A stretch of 64,000 nt of DNA from Rebecca billardiae RCC1528 (GCA_965240325.2 OZ251223.1:4154001-4218000), one strand, 5' to 3'. Shown: positions 21,749-32,997, numbered from the stretch's first letter. Notes: generated from the letters alone by a model not told the origin. Numbers and translations are program-made.

Positions 21749-24574
21749 CATCGTCGGCGCCGGCGGCCGCCGCGCGCAGCCGCGCCGCCTCGCGCCGCGC
21801 CGTCTCCAGCGCCGCCCCCGCGTCCTCCGTGTCCGCGCGCGCGACCTCGAGCTGCGCGCGCAGCCGCTGCCGCTCCGCGCCAGCTGTGCCGAGCTGCGCG
21901 CGCACCGCGCTCAGCGCCGCGCGCAGCCGCTCGATCTCCGACGCGGCGGCGGCGGCGGCCTCGTCCTCGCGCACCGCCTCGTCGCGCGCGCGCTCGAGCT
22001 CGCGCTTGGCATCGGCCGCGGCGGCGCGCGCGGCCGCGAGCTGCGCGCGCAGACGCTCCGCCTCAGCCTCCGCCTCCGCCACCGCTCTCGCCGCCGCGCC
22101 GTCGCCGCCGCCGGCCGTGCCGCCGCCGCCGCCGGCCGCGCCGCCGCCGCTACCGCCGCCGGGGGGCGAGCGCGCGGCAGCGGCGGCGGCGGCGGCGCGC
22201 AGCTCAGCGGCCTCGCGCCGCGCGGCCTCGAGCTCGGCGGCCGCCTGCGCCGCCTCCTTGCGCGCTCCCGCGAGCTGCGCGCGCAGACGCCCCGCCTCCG
22301 AGCGCGGCGCTGAGGCGGCGGCATCGTCGCACGCCGCGCCGCGCCGCGCCGCGTCGGGCGCGGCCGCCGCGTCGGCCGCCTCGGCACGCGCCGTGGCGAG
22401 CTGCGCGCGCAGACGCTCCGCCTCCGCCATCGCGGCGGAGGCGGCGGCATCGTCGCATGCCGCCTCGCGCCGCGCCGCGTCGGCCGCGGCCGCCGCCTCC
22501 GCCGCCTCCGCGCGCGCGGCCGCGAGCTGCGCCCGCAGGCGCTCGGCCTCGGCGGTAGCGGCGGCGGCGCTGCCATCGCCCGAGGCGTTGGCGGCGCGCA
22601 GCCGCGCCGCCTCCTTGCGCGCCGCCTCGCGCTGCGCCTCCGCCTCCGCCGCCTCCTTGCGCGCGGCGCCGAGCTGCGCGCGCGCACGCTCCGCGGCCGC
22701 GCCCGCCTCCGTCGCCTCCGCGCGCGCGCTCGCGAGCTGCGAGCGCAGCCGCTCGGCCTCCGCAGCCGTCTCCGACGACTGCGCGCGCGCGGCGGCAAGC
22801 TGCGAGCGCAGCCGCTCCACCTCCGAGCTGGCCGCGGAGGCCGCCGCGTCGTCGCACGCCGCGCCGCGCCGCGCCGCGTCGGCCGCGGCCGCCGCCTCCG
22901 CCGCCTCGGCGCGCGCCGTGCCCAGCTGCGTTCGCAGCCGCTCCGCCTCCGAGCTCTGCTCCGCCGCCTCGGCGCGCGCGGTGGCGAGCTGCGCGCGCAG
23001 GCGGTCCGCCTCGGCCGCCGAGTCGCTCGACTCGGCGCGCGCTCCCGCGAGCTGCGCGCGCAGACGCTCCGCGTCCGAGGCCGCGGCGGAGGCGGCGGCA
23101 TCGTCGCATGCCGCCTCGCGCCGCGCCGCCTCGGCCGCGGCCGCCGCCTCCGCCGCCTCGGCGCGCGCGGCCGCGAGCTGCGCGCGCAGGCGCTCGGCCT
23201 CGGCCGCGGCTGCGGCAGCTGCGCCACCGTCGCTGGACGCGGCGGATGCACGCAGCCGCGCCGCCTCGCGCTGCGCCGCCTCGCGCTGCGCCTCCGCCTC
23301 CGCCGCCTCCTTGCGCGCGGCGCCGAGCTGCGCGCGCGCGCGGTCCGCGGCCGCGCCCGCCTCCGTCGCCTCCGCGCGCGCGCTCGCGAGCTGCGAGCGC
23401 AGGCCGTCGGCCTCGGTGGTCGCTGCGTGCGCCTCCGTGCGCGCGCCCGCGAGCTGCGAGCGCAGCCGCTCCGCGTCGGAGGCGGCGGCGGAGGCCGCCG
23501 CGTCGTCGCACGCCGCGCCGCGCCGCGCCGCGTCGGCCGCGGCCGCCGCCTCGGCCGCGTCCGCGCGCGCCGTGCCCAGCTGCGTTCGCAGCCGCTCCGC
23601 CTCCGCACCCGCTTCCGTCGCCTCGGCGCGCGCGGCGGCGAGCTGCGCGCGCAGCCGATCCGCCTCCTCCAGCGCGGCGGCGGCGGCGGCGGCGGGTGCG
23701 CCGCTGCCGCGCTCGCCACTCCGCGCGCTCGGCGCGCCGGCGTGGCGCGCCGCGTGCGCCCTCGTGCGGAGCTGCTCGCACTCGGCGCGCGCGGCGGCGA
23801 GCTGCGCGCGCAGCCGCGCCGCCTCCGCCTCGGCGGCGTCGGCGGCGTCGGCGGCGGCGCCGGCGGATGAGCGCGCGTGCGGCCGCTGCTGCTGCTCGCG
23901 CAGCTGCTCGACCTCGTGCTCCGCGCTCAGCGCGCGCATCGTCGCCGCGTGCGCGTCGGCGCGCGCCGCGTCGGCCGCGGCGCGCGCCGCAACCGCCTCC
24001 TCCGCCGCGCGCGCCGCCTCGGCGCGCCCGCCGTCGGCGGACGAGGCGGCGGTCTCGACGGCCGCCTGGGCGGCGGCGAGCTGCTGGCGCGCGGCGTGCG
24101 CCTCGGCACGCGCGTCGCCCGACGCGACGAGCTCGGCCTCCGCCGCGCGCGCCGCCGCCTCCGCCGCCTCGGCGCGCGCCGCGGAGCGCGCCGCGCCCGC
24201 GCGCGCGCTCGCCGCCTCCTGCTGCGCGCGCTCTGTCTCCGCGCGCGCCTCCGCGAGCTGTGCGCGGAGCGCGTCCGCCGCGGCGGCGTGCGCCGCGGCG
24301 GCGGCGGGCTCGGCGGGCTCGGCGCTCGCGCGCGCGCTCACGCCGCCCAGCTCCGCGTCCACGCCGAGGCTGCTGCCGCGAGAGCCGAACGCGGCGGCGG
24401 CGCGCGGCTCGCGCGGCGGCGGCGGCGCGCGGCCGGGCCCGGCGCCGCCGCCCGGCGGCGGCGGGGGCGTGCGCAGCGTGGCGCCGCCGCCGCCGCCGCC
24501 GCCGAGCGAGGGGCCGCGCGTGTACGGCGGGCGCTCACGCGCGTGCAGGCCGAGCGGCGCCGCGTCGGCCACCG

Positions 24575-24605
<31 letters not shown>

Positions 24606-25616
24606 CGCGCTCGCCCTGGCCGTCGCCTCGAGCGACGCGCGCCGCAGCGCCGCGGCGCGCGCACGCGCGCTGTCCTCGGCGTGGGCGCCGGGCGTGGTGC
24701 GCGCGGAGGCGGCGGGCTCGGGCGTGCGCTCGCGCGACGGCTGCGTCTCCACCTCGTCCTCGTCGCGCGCGCCCGCGCTCAGCTCGCGCAGCAGCCGAGC
24801 GGCCGCGGGCAGCAGCGGCGCGTCGCGCGCGCTCGCAAGCTGTAGCGCCGTGCGGCCGTGCGCGTCGCGCACGGCGGTGCCGGCGGCGCGCGCGAGGAGG
24901 CGCACGCGCTCCGCCCAGCCGTCCGCCGGCGCGCGCGCGCACGCCACGTGCAGCGGCGGCAGCCCGCCCGCGCCGGGCGCGCAGCGCGCGCACGCCGCCG
25001 CCACCTCGGCAGCCGGCCACCGCAGCAACAGCTCGAGCACGCGCGTGTGGCCGCAGTGCACGGCGAGGTGGAGCGCGGTCGCGCCCGAGGCGGTGGGCTG
25101 GTCGAGCCGCAGCGCCGCCGCCGGCCGCATGCGCGTCGCCGCCGCGCCCGCCGCGCGCACACGCAGCCACTCGACCGCGCGCGCGCGGTCGCACACGACG
25201 GCGACGTGCAGCGCGCTCGAGCCGTCGGGCGTGGTGGCGTCGAGGCTGGCGCCCGCCGCCTCGAGCGCGTCGAGCACGCGGACGTGCCCGCCCTTCGCCG
25301 CCCACAGCACCGCCGTCCAGCCGCGCGCGTCGCGCTCCTCCGTGTGCGCGCGGCGGCGGCGCAGCAGCCGGTTGACGACCGCGTGGTCGCCCGTCTCCGC
25401 CGCGTGCGCGAGGTGCTGCGCGACCTCGCCGAGGCGCTCCAGGCGGTCGAGCGTCTCGACCCACAGCGCCTCGGTCGCGTCGGGCGGCGGCAGGCGCTGC
25501 AGTGCCATCGCGATCGAAGCCGCTCGCGCCCCGCTCCGCGAGCGCGGCGCCACTTCGCGCTGGGGTGCTCCCCGCGAGTTGGCAAGCGCGGAGACGGCGG
25601 GCTGCGGCCGTTCCAT
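19485..25616 (-). CDS. Ankyrin-repeat protein with very long A/E/R-rich coiled coil (alternative start at 25508)
   Basis: N-terminal ankyrin repeats (GWTAVLWAAKGGH, GSSALHVAV, GATALHLAVHCGH, GRTALQLA) are followed by more than 1300 aa of heptad repeats (EAERLRAQLAAAR). Confidence 0.8.
22420..23660 (-). repeat. Coding higher-order tandem duplication (period ~651-654 bp) built of EAERLRxQLxxARA modules
   Basis: Marker strings recur at 22450/23101, 22657/23311 and 22921/23575. Confidence 0.8.
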
Positions 25617-25936
25617 GTTCCATTTCGACGTTTGAACTATCCGGCTGACCTAACCAAGGTCTCCGGACCAATACGTAGGCGCGTCGAGTCGAGAGTGCCG
25701 GCCTGTCGGGGTGCGCAGCCTGGGCCGCTGAAGTTCAGAAAGACGTGGGCGCGGGAAATGGGGAATGGCAGAATCGGAGATGAATTACGGTACCCCATTG
25801 CGGTTGTCCACCGTGCAGCTCTCTACAGAGGAGCATCGTCGCCGGCCGACGTCACGACACGACCGTAGTTGCGACCTGACGATAATGGTTCTGCCGCCGG
25901 CACGCCGTACTGTAATGGCGGCACTAGTGCCATGAC

Positions 25937-26479
25937 TCACACCACGAGGCCCGCCTTCCCGACGCTCACGGGCACGCCAGCCGCCCGCCGGATGTCCGGC
26001 AGCGACTTGCCCGAGGGCAAGCCGCCGTGCGAGAACGGGAAGAAGCAGAACGCGGTGTTGAGCACCACCGCGCCGGGCACGGTGAGCGGCAGCAGCCCCG
26101 TCGAGAAGTAGCGCACCGTGGCCGTGCACTTGTCCTCGCCCACGTCCTTCAGCTTCAGCTCCGCGCAGTCCAGCCAGCGGACCTTGGTGAGGACGGAGAT
26201 GCTCGCGGTCGCCGTGCCCTGGGTCGGGTTGGCTGACGCGTGATCGAGCGTGTACACGAAGCCGCCCGCCTCGGGCGAATCGCTCAGCCGGGGCAGGCCC
26301 TCGGCGAGCCGCTGCACAAAGGTGGCTGCACTGCTCTCGATCGCCCACTCCTCGCGCCAGCCGTGCGGCAGGCGGAGGAAGGGCACGCGCGCCGCGGGTC
26401 GCAGCACCTTTTGGATGCCGGCCTGCACGCTCACCGTCGAGCCGAGCTGCGACGGCGTCGAACCGTTCTCGGGGGCCAT
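25937..26479 (-). CDS. Small hypothetical protein (180 aa), intronless
   Basis: ATG at 26479. The sequence is complex rather than GC-shadow (HGWREEW, TKVRWLD, FSTGLLPLTVPGAVVLNTAFCFFPF), with a hydrophobic C-terminal segment. Confidence 0.65.
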   Translation of the reverse strand: MAPENGSTPSQLGSTVSVQAGIQKVLRPAARVPFLRLPHGWREEWAIESSAATFVQRLAEGLPRLSDSPEAGGFVYTLDHASANPTQGTATASISVLTKVRWLDCAELKLKDVGEDKCTATVRYFSTGLLPLTVPGAVVLNTAFCFFPFSHGGLPSGKSLPDIRRAAGVPVSVGKAGLVV

Positions 26480-27347
26480 GCTGTTCGAGCGCTGGAGGAG
26501 GGGCGGACGGCGGCGGGTACGGTCCACGATGAAAGATTCACGAGCGGCGAGCGTTGGTCAATCAGGGAGAGGCGGCAGGACTGCTCCGCTTGCGACGAAC
26601 TACTAGGAAAGTAGGAGCAAGGAATAGGTAAAGTACGACGAGAATCATCAATGAACTATAACGCCGTGAAGTATTAATACGAGTTACGACGGAGGAAGCC
26701 GCGGACGAACGAGCAGTTCATCAGAGTGGACGACGGTTCGTCTTGGTTTCGTGCTCTTTGCTACCTTTTAAAAGAAAGCGGACGAAGGTTCCGCCGCGTC
26801 ATCGTCAGTCGTCACCCGGCGTTGGCCGTTGAGGAGGCTGGCTGGCTCGACACTCTCGTGACACGCCTCCGGCCGCTCTCGAGGCGGCGCGCGTGATTGT
26901 GGTTATGGCGCTACCTCGGCACTCGGCGGATGAATCATCAGGAGGACCTGGAGCCGGAGCTGGCGCGAGGGGAGACGACTCTGCTGCTGCCGCTGCTGCT
27001 GTGGCCGACATGATGGTAGCCGCACGGAATAGATCACAGGCCAGCGGCTGCGACCGAGTCGGCGTTGGCTGCATGCAGTGGCTTGAGTACGGATGAGGAT
27101 GGTGGTGATCGTGGATTGCACGCGGCGTGCTGTCGGCCACTGGCCGTCCGCGAAGGCACACAGCGCTGCGGCGGACGCTGCGCGGTGCCCGGCAGCGCGC
27201 GGCCGCCGGGGCGCAGGCCACGGGCCTGGCTGCGCAGCCAGGCCTGCGGCGCGAGGCACGGCGAGGCTGGCGCGTCGGCGGGCGCGGGCACGCCCGCCGG
27301 CCTTGCGCCGCGCGGCCGTGCGCGCGGGGACGCACGCCGCGCGCGGC

Positions 27348-29222
27348 TCAGACGAGCAGCCACCCCCCCGCCTCGTGCTCCTCCTCCACACTCAGCTCCG
27401 CACGGAGGCCCGCGCCCACGCCCAGCTCGGGAGCAGCGCGCGGCGCCGGGCCCAAGGGCGAGGGCTTGGCGGGGGCGGCGGGCTGCGCGGCGGAGGGGGC
27501 GCCGTCGGCCGGCTCGTCCGCGTCGAGCCGGGCGACGGCGCGCTCGATGGCGTGCTCCACGCAATCGCGCGCGACCACGACCGCGGTGAGCGCCTCGAGC
27601 TCGGCCGAGCGCGCCGCGTCCGCGCCCGCCCAGGCCGCGGCGCCACATTCGTCCCTCGAGCACCCCGAGCGCGCGCGCGCCGCCGCACGGCGCGCGCGCG
27701 CCGCCGCCGCGCGGCGCTCGTGCGCGCGCGCGCGCGCGACAACGCGCGCGCGCGCGGCGGACCGGCGCTCCTCGACCTTCGCGTCACGCGCGCCCAGCGC
27801 GCCCCGGAGCGCCTCCGCGGCCAGCGCGCGCGTGACGCCCCGCTTGACGGCGGCGTAGCGCGCGCTCGCGGCCGCGACGGCTGCCGAGCGCGCGACGGCG
27901 CGCAGTGCGGCCGCGCGGCGCTGGGTGGCGAGGCGCTGCGCGCGCGCGCTGCGCTCGTGCGTGCTGCGCGCGCGCGCCGCCTCGCCGCGCGCCGCGCGCG
28001 CGCGCCCCGCGGCCGCGCGCACCAGCACCAGCCGCGCCTTGGCGGCGACGGCAGCGAGGTGCAGCTCGCGCGCGCGCTCCGCGGCTGCGAGCGCGCGCGC
28101 CGAGCGCGCGCGCCGCTCGGCCACGCGCTCGGCGCGGCGGCGGTGCGCGGCGGCGGCGCGCGCGCGCTGCAGGCGGGCAAACGCGAGCTTGGACTCGAGC
28201 GCCTGCGCGCGCGCCGCTTCGGCCGCGAGCATCGCCGAGCGCGCCGCGCGCGCCGAGAGTCGCGAGCGCACGCGGTGTGGCGCAGCGCGCGGCGGCCGCG
28301 CGCCGCGGCCGCAGCGGAACTCTTGCGCCCAGCCGCCGCCCTTGCTCGCGCCCGCGAAGGCGTCGCGCGAGTCGGCCGTGGCCTGCACGCCCGCGTCGGC
28401 CGTGCGGCGCGATGCGCCCGCCTTGTCGGCGCCCGTCGTCTGGGCGGCTGCATCCGCCGTCGGGCGCGGCGGCGGCGGCTGCGGCCGAGCCTCCGCGCCC
28501 GCGCCGCCGGCGCGCGGCGCCGTGAGCTCGAGCCGGACCGCCCCGTGGTCGTGGACCGCCGAGGATGCGGGCAGGGCTTCGGGCGGCGCGGCGCCGAGCC
28601 CAAAGCCGACGAACGCCTCGTCGGCCATGGCTGCCTTGGCCGCGCGGAGCCGCTCGGCGCGCGCCCCGTCGGGTGCGCGCCGCGGCGCCGAGGCCGGCGT
28701 GAACGCAGGGCGGACGACGACCGCCCCGCCGCCCGCGCGGCGCTGGAGGGCGCGGGCGCGGCGCTCGGCGGCGGTGACGAGCTTGGCGGCGTACTGCTCG
28801 CCCATCCTGATCGTGTCCAGCGCCGCGGCGATCTTGTGCTCCTGGCTCACGGCGTGCGCGCGCCGCACGACCGCGGACGCCTTCTCGGCGCGCTCGCGCA
28901 CCGCTGCCGCCTTCTGCGCGGCGACCATCGCGGCCTTGGCGTCGAGCTCGAAGGAGAGCGCGCGCGCGTGCTCGATCGTCTGCTCGAAGAGCCGCCGGCG
29001 CGCCGCCGAGAGCCGCTCGTTGAACGCGCGCGCCTTGGCCTTGTTGAGCTCGGCCGCGCACGGTGAGCGCGGCGTCTGCTCGGCGCGCTCGCGCTCAGGC
29101 GGTGAGCGCGCCGCGGAGGTGAGGGTCGGCGGCGAGGCGGAGCCGGAGCCGAATGGGACGATCCACGCCGTCGAGGGCGCGAGGTCGGCCGTGCCCGTGG
29201 CGATGCGCAGGCGGAGCGGCAT
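27348..29222 (-). CDS. Hypothetical helical R/A/E-rich protein
   Basis: ATG at 29222 (MPLRLRIATG). It has two blocks of charged helical repeats (e.g. KAAAVRERAEKA, KLVTAAERR, KLAFARLQR) and C/G-ending codon bias. Confidence 0.55.
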   Translation of the reverse strand: MPLRLRIATGTADLAPSTAWIVPFGSGSASPPTLTSAARSPPERERAEQTPRSPCAAELNKAKARAFNERLSAARRRLFEQTIEHARALSFELDAKAAMVAAQKAAAVRERAEKASAVVRRAHAVSQEHKIAAALDTIRMGEQYAAKLVTAAERRARALQRRAGGGAVVVRPAFTPASAPRRAPDGARAERLRAAKAAMADEAFVGFGLGAAPPEALPASSAVHDHGAVRLELTAPRAGGAGAEARPQPPPPRPTADAAAQTTGADKAGASRRTADAGVQATADSRDAFAGASKGGGWAQEFRCGRGARPPRAAPHRVRSRLSARAARSAMLAAEAARAQALESKLAFARLQRARAAAAHRRRAERVAERRARSARALAAAERARELHLAAVAAKARLVLVRAAAGRARAARGEAARARSTHERSARAQRLATQRRAAALRAVARSAAVAAASARYAAVKRGVTRALAAEALRGALGARDAKVEERRSAARARVVARARAHERRAAAARARRAAARARSGCSRDECGAAAWAGADAARSAELEALTAVVVARDCVEHAIERAVARLDADEPADGAPSAAQPAAPAKPSPLGPAPRAAPELGVGAGLRAELSVEEEHEAGGWLLV

Positions 29223-29458
29223 TGGATGGTTCGTGCGCGGGCGGGCGTGTGGGGGGGCGAGGACCGAGCGGGAGGGCGTGAGCTTGACTTGGACGGGTCT
29301 GCGCACTCTCCTATGAGGGTTCCCGCGGCCTGCGCAGCAGCAGCGCAGGCTTTTTTTGGAGCGACGGTTGGCGGGCGGCCGTGCGTTTCCAAGCAGGTGC
29401 ATCTAATCTCCCGTAACGGTCGAGCACCCCTCGCTAGGCGAGGGGTGCGGCGGAAAGG

Positions 29459-30203
29459 ACAGTGGAAACCCGGGGACTTTGTCCCCGCGCCCCTATCGCG
29501 GGCTCTGGCGCGCGAACGCTTTGTCACTACTGGCTCCCCGAGGTGGAGAGCGGCGCTCCGTGCACCAACAAAGACATCCCCAGCCGCATGTTGCCACTCG
29601 ACACCTCGTCTCGCCTCGCGCGGAGCCAACTTGTGGTGTGCGGGAGCCACCCGCGTAGCACACTGGGCCGTGTAGCGACGCGCGTGGCGGGTCAACAGTG
29701 CATCGCGAAGGCGTCGCACGCGCAATCCGTTGAGTACATACTCATGTCTGTCCCATGGCACGTCGTGCGCCGCCGCGTGCGCCGATGCACTCCCGACTCG
29801 CGACGCGCCGCGTGCAGCACAGCCTGTGCTTCGGGTAGCTCCCGCACACCACAAGTTGGCTCCGCGCGAAGCGAGACGAGGTGTCGACAGGCGGTGCATG
29901 ACGTGCCATGGGACAGACATGAGTATGTACTCAACGGATTGCGCGTGCGACGCCTTCGCGATGCACTGTTGACCCGCCACACGCGTCGCTACACGGCCCA
30001 GTGTGCTACGGGTGGCTCCCGCACACCACAAGTTGGCTCCGCGCGAGGCGAGACGAGGTGTCGAGTGGCAACATGCGGCTGGGGATGTCTTTGTTGGTGC
30101 ACGGAGCGCCGCTCTCCACCTCGGGGATCCAGTAGTGACAAAGCGTTCGCGCGCCAGAGCCCGCGATAGGGGCGCGGGGACAAAGTCCCCGGGTTTCCAC
30201 TGT
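29459..30203. mobile_element. Foldback/MITE-like element with ~316-bp inverted arms (29459-29774 and 29890-30203)
   Basis: Ends are ACAGTGGAAACCCGGGGAC...GTCCCCGGGTTTCCACTGT. The arms are near-identical in reverse complement, which the mirrored ORFs (29462+ and 30200-) also show. No clear TSD. Confidence 0.8.
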
Positions 30204-30732
30204 TGTTTCTGTTGGCGGTGTCGCAGAGCGACCCGCCGGCCGTTACAGGGCCATTAGAAGGCGGTGGTTTCCAAGCGGACGGAACCGAAAGCTCGCGTTC
30301 GCGATGAGCGCACGTGTCCGGGAAGGCGGGAACCGGAACGGGTGGAGGTGAAGGCAGTCTTCGACTTCGTGCCTCAGTGAGACTGCGAGTTGCGTCACCG
30401 CCGGATACCTGGGCAGTAGGCTCCAACCCTATGGGGGCGGGGGGTCGTCGGTTCGTCGTGATCGTCGTCATCAACGGTCATCAAGCATCATCAGCTGGCC
30501 GGTGGCGGTGCGGCGGTGCGGCCGGGGGCAGCCGATCACGGATCACCGATCAGCGGCCAGCGGCCAGCGGGCACTGGCCAATGCCGCGGCCCGCTGCCAA
30601 GTGCCAGCGGCGAACTGCGGCTGCTTTCGAATCGCAAGCTGCGACGATTGGGCAGGCCATGCAGGGCGAGGATGGGCATGCGCTTCAGCGCGTGTCGGTG
30701 CCTCGGTTCAAGCTCCGCCTCTGCCCTACGAG

Positions 30733-30756
30733 AGGGTTAGGGTTAGGGTAAGGGTT
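30733..30756 (+). repeat. Short interstitial telomere-like repeat (TTAGGG, ~4 units, one variant)
   Basis: AGGGTTAGGGTTAGGGTAAGGGTT. Confidence 0.6.
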
Positions 30757-30829
30757 CCCTCGGGTCCTGCGGCTTGCCAACGCCTCCGCGCGCCCCTGGC
30801 TCGGCGCCTGCGCGCGGCGCGCGCGGCGC

Positions 30830-31747
30830 TCAGCCCAGCCACGCGCGCCACGCGCCGCGGGGCCGCACGAGCCCGAGCTGCTCGTACGCGTCCTTGTGGA
30901 CCGGCAGGTGCAACGGCAGCGCCCCCGGCGCCACCTCCGCCAGCCCGGGCTCCGTCGCGAGCGCCTCCGCCACCGCCTCGAACGTGAGCTTGTGCCCGCT
31001 GCCGCTCAGGTGCAGCCCGTCGGAGAGGAGGCGCTCGGCGTAGGAGGGCGTGGCGAGGAAGCGCGCGTGCAGGTCGAGGCACGGCGCCTGCGCGCCCGCC
31101 GCCACGCGGCGCACCGCGCGCACGTACGGCGCGAGCACCTCGTTGCTCCGGCCGTCGCCGTCGCCCTTGAACGCGCTGTCGCAGAACTGGCTCCACTTGG
31201 CCGGGTCGACGGGCGGCGGCGTGATGAGGAGGAGGCGCGCGGCGGGGAGCGCGGCGCGCAGCTGCGCGACGATCGAGCGCAGCCGCGCCTCGTACTCCTC
31301 CACGGGCACGTGCTGCGCCGCGCCCGGACGCGTCGCGTCGTTCGAGCCGAGGAGGACGGTGATGAGCGCGACGCGCGGCCGCGCGTCGCCGAGCTCGGCG
31401 AGCAGCGCGGGGAGGGCCTGCTCGATCATGCGCGAGGTGTACCCGGAGAAGCCGCGGTACAGCACGTCCGCGCGGCGCTCGCGCGCGTACGCCGCCGCCA
31501 GCGCCGCGCCCCAGCCGTACGGCTCGGCGCTCTGCTGCGTGAGCGAGTCGCCGAGCAGCAGCACCACCGGCCGCGCGCGCACGCTGAAGCCCTCGCCACT
31601 CACGCGCCCCACGGCGTCGACGCGGCGGAGCGCCTCGCATGCGTCCGCGCGCGCGCGCGCGCGCGCGCGCGCGAGCACCATCAGCGCGCACGCGCACGCG
31701 CACGCCGCGGCGGCGAGGCCCTGGCGCACGAGCGCAGCCTCGGCCAT
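30830..31747 (-). CDS. SGNH/GDSL hydrolase (IAH1-like esterase) with N-terminal hydrophobic anchor
   Basis: Block I LLGDSLTQ, RGFSGYTS, LGSNDA, QHVPVEEY, ITPPP and DGLHLS. Confidence 0.92.
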   Translation of the reverse strand: MAEAALVRQGLAAAACACACALMVLARARARARADACEALRRVDAVGRVSGEGFSVRARPVVLLLGDSLTQQSAEPYGWGAALAAAYARERRADVLYRGFSGYTSRMIEQALPALLAELGDARPRVALITVLLGSNDATRPGAAQHVPVEEYEARLRSIVAQLRAALPAARLLLITPPPVDPAKWSQFCDSAFKGDGDGRSNEVLAPYVRAVRRVAAGAQAPCLDLHARFLATPSYAERLLSDGLHLSGSGHKLTFEAVAEALATEPGLAEVAPGALPLHLPVHKDAYEQLGLVRPRGAWRAWLG

Positions 31748-31794
31748 CCTGCCCGAATTTTCCGCTCGGTTGTTGGCGCCTCAGTGCACACGCG

Positions 31795-32997
31795 ATGCCG
31801 CCCTTGCATCACGCCGTCCACGCCCTCGTCCTCGCGCACGCGATGGGCGGCGCGTCGCGCGCGTCGCAGCGCGCGCCTGGCGGGCGGGCCGCCCAGCGCG
31901 CCTTGCTGCACGCGTCCATCGCGCCAGAGCAGCTCGCCGCCGTCGCCGCGCCCCTCCTCCTCGCGCCGCTGCTCGCGACGTCCGTGCTCGCGCTCGAGCG
32001 CAGCGGCGCGCTCTCGGCCGGCGCCGACCCGACGGACTGGGCGTCGACGGCGTGGCAGTGGGCGGAGGACGAGGGCGAGACGCTCTTCGCCGACGGCGAC
32101 CTCTCCGTGCGCGAGCACCGCGGCGGCGAGTGGCGCACGCTGCGCCTCGGCCGCTCCATCCAGTCGGCAGCCTACTTTGGGCCAGCGCGCTGTGACGACG
32201 GCGGCGGCAGCACGACGCGCGCGCCGGTGGGCACTGCGCCGGCGTACGCGTACATCAAGCTGATGGGCGCGCTGGCACTGGCGCACGTGCCCGCGCTCGG
32301 CGAGGCGGAGCTCTCCGCGCGCCCCTTCTCCGCCCTCTTCCTCGGCGCGGGCGCGTGCTCGCTGCCGCTGCTGCTCGCGAGCGCCGCGCCGCCGCCGGCC
32401 GCCGCGGACGCTTCGCTGCCGCCCTCGCTGACCGCGCTCGACCTGGACGCGCGCGTGTGCGACGCGGCGCGCGCCTACTTCGGCGCGAGCGACGCCGATC
32501 CGCCCATCGATCTGCGCGTGGCCGACGCCGAGACGGCACCGCGCGCCTTTGCGGGCGCGCGCCTCAGCCTGATCGCCATCGACCTCTTCGGTGCAGACAA
32601 CTCGCAGCCACCCGCCTTCGCCACGGACGAGGCGTGGGTGCGTGCGCTGCGCGGCGCGCTGGCGGAAGGCGGCGTGCTGCTCGCCAACTTCCACAGCGGC
32701 ACGGACGAGGCCAGGCGCGTGCTCGCGCGCGCGCAGAGCGCGTACGCGCGCGCGTTCGACGGCGAGTGCGTCGCATGGCGCGTGCGAGGCCAGGCCAACG
32801 TGCTGCTGTGCGCCACCAGCGGCACAGTGGGTGGCACGGACGGCGCCCACAGCGCGACTACGTTGCTCGACGCGGGGCTGCGCGCACGCGCGGCGGCGCG
32901 TGTGCACGCGGCCGCACAGCGCGCAGCCTGGCGCTTCGACGCGCGCGCGCTTGTGCTGCGCAACAGCCCCATCGTGCCGCTGCTCGATCAGCAGTAG
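31795..32997 (+). CDS. SAM-dependent methyltransferase (spermidine synthase-like/METTL13 C-terminal-like fold)
   Basis: WRTLRLG..IQS, YAYIKLM, motif I LFLGAGACSLP, ALDLDARV, RVADA, LIAIDLF and GGVLLANF. ATG at 31795 gives a hydrophobic N-terminus. Confidence 0.8.
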   Translation: MPPLHHAVHALVLAHAMGGASRASQRAPGGRAAQRALLHASIAPEQLAAVAAPLLLAPLLATSVLALERSGALSAGADPTDWASTAWQWAEDEGETLFADGDLSVREHRGGEWRTLRLGRSIQSAAYFGPARCDDGGGSTTRAPVGTAPAYAYIKLMGALALAHVPALGEAELSARPFSALFLGAGACSLPLLLASAAPPPAAADASLPPSLTALDLDARVCDAARAYFGASDADPPIDLRVADAETAPRAFAGARLSLIAIDLFGADNSQPPAFATDEAWVRALRGALAEGGVLLANFHSGTDEARRVLARAQSAYARAFDGECVAWRVRGQANVLLCATSGTVGGTDGAHSATTLLDAGLRARAAARVHAAAQRAAWRFDARALVLRNSPIVPLLDQQ

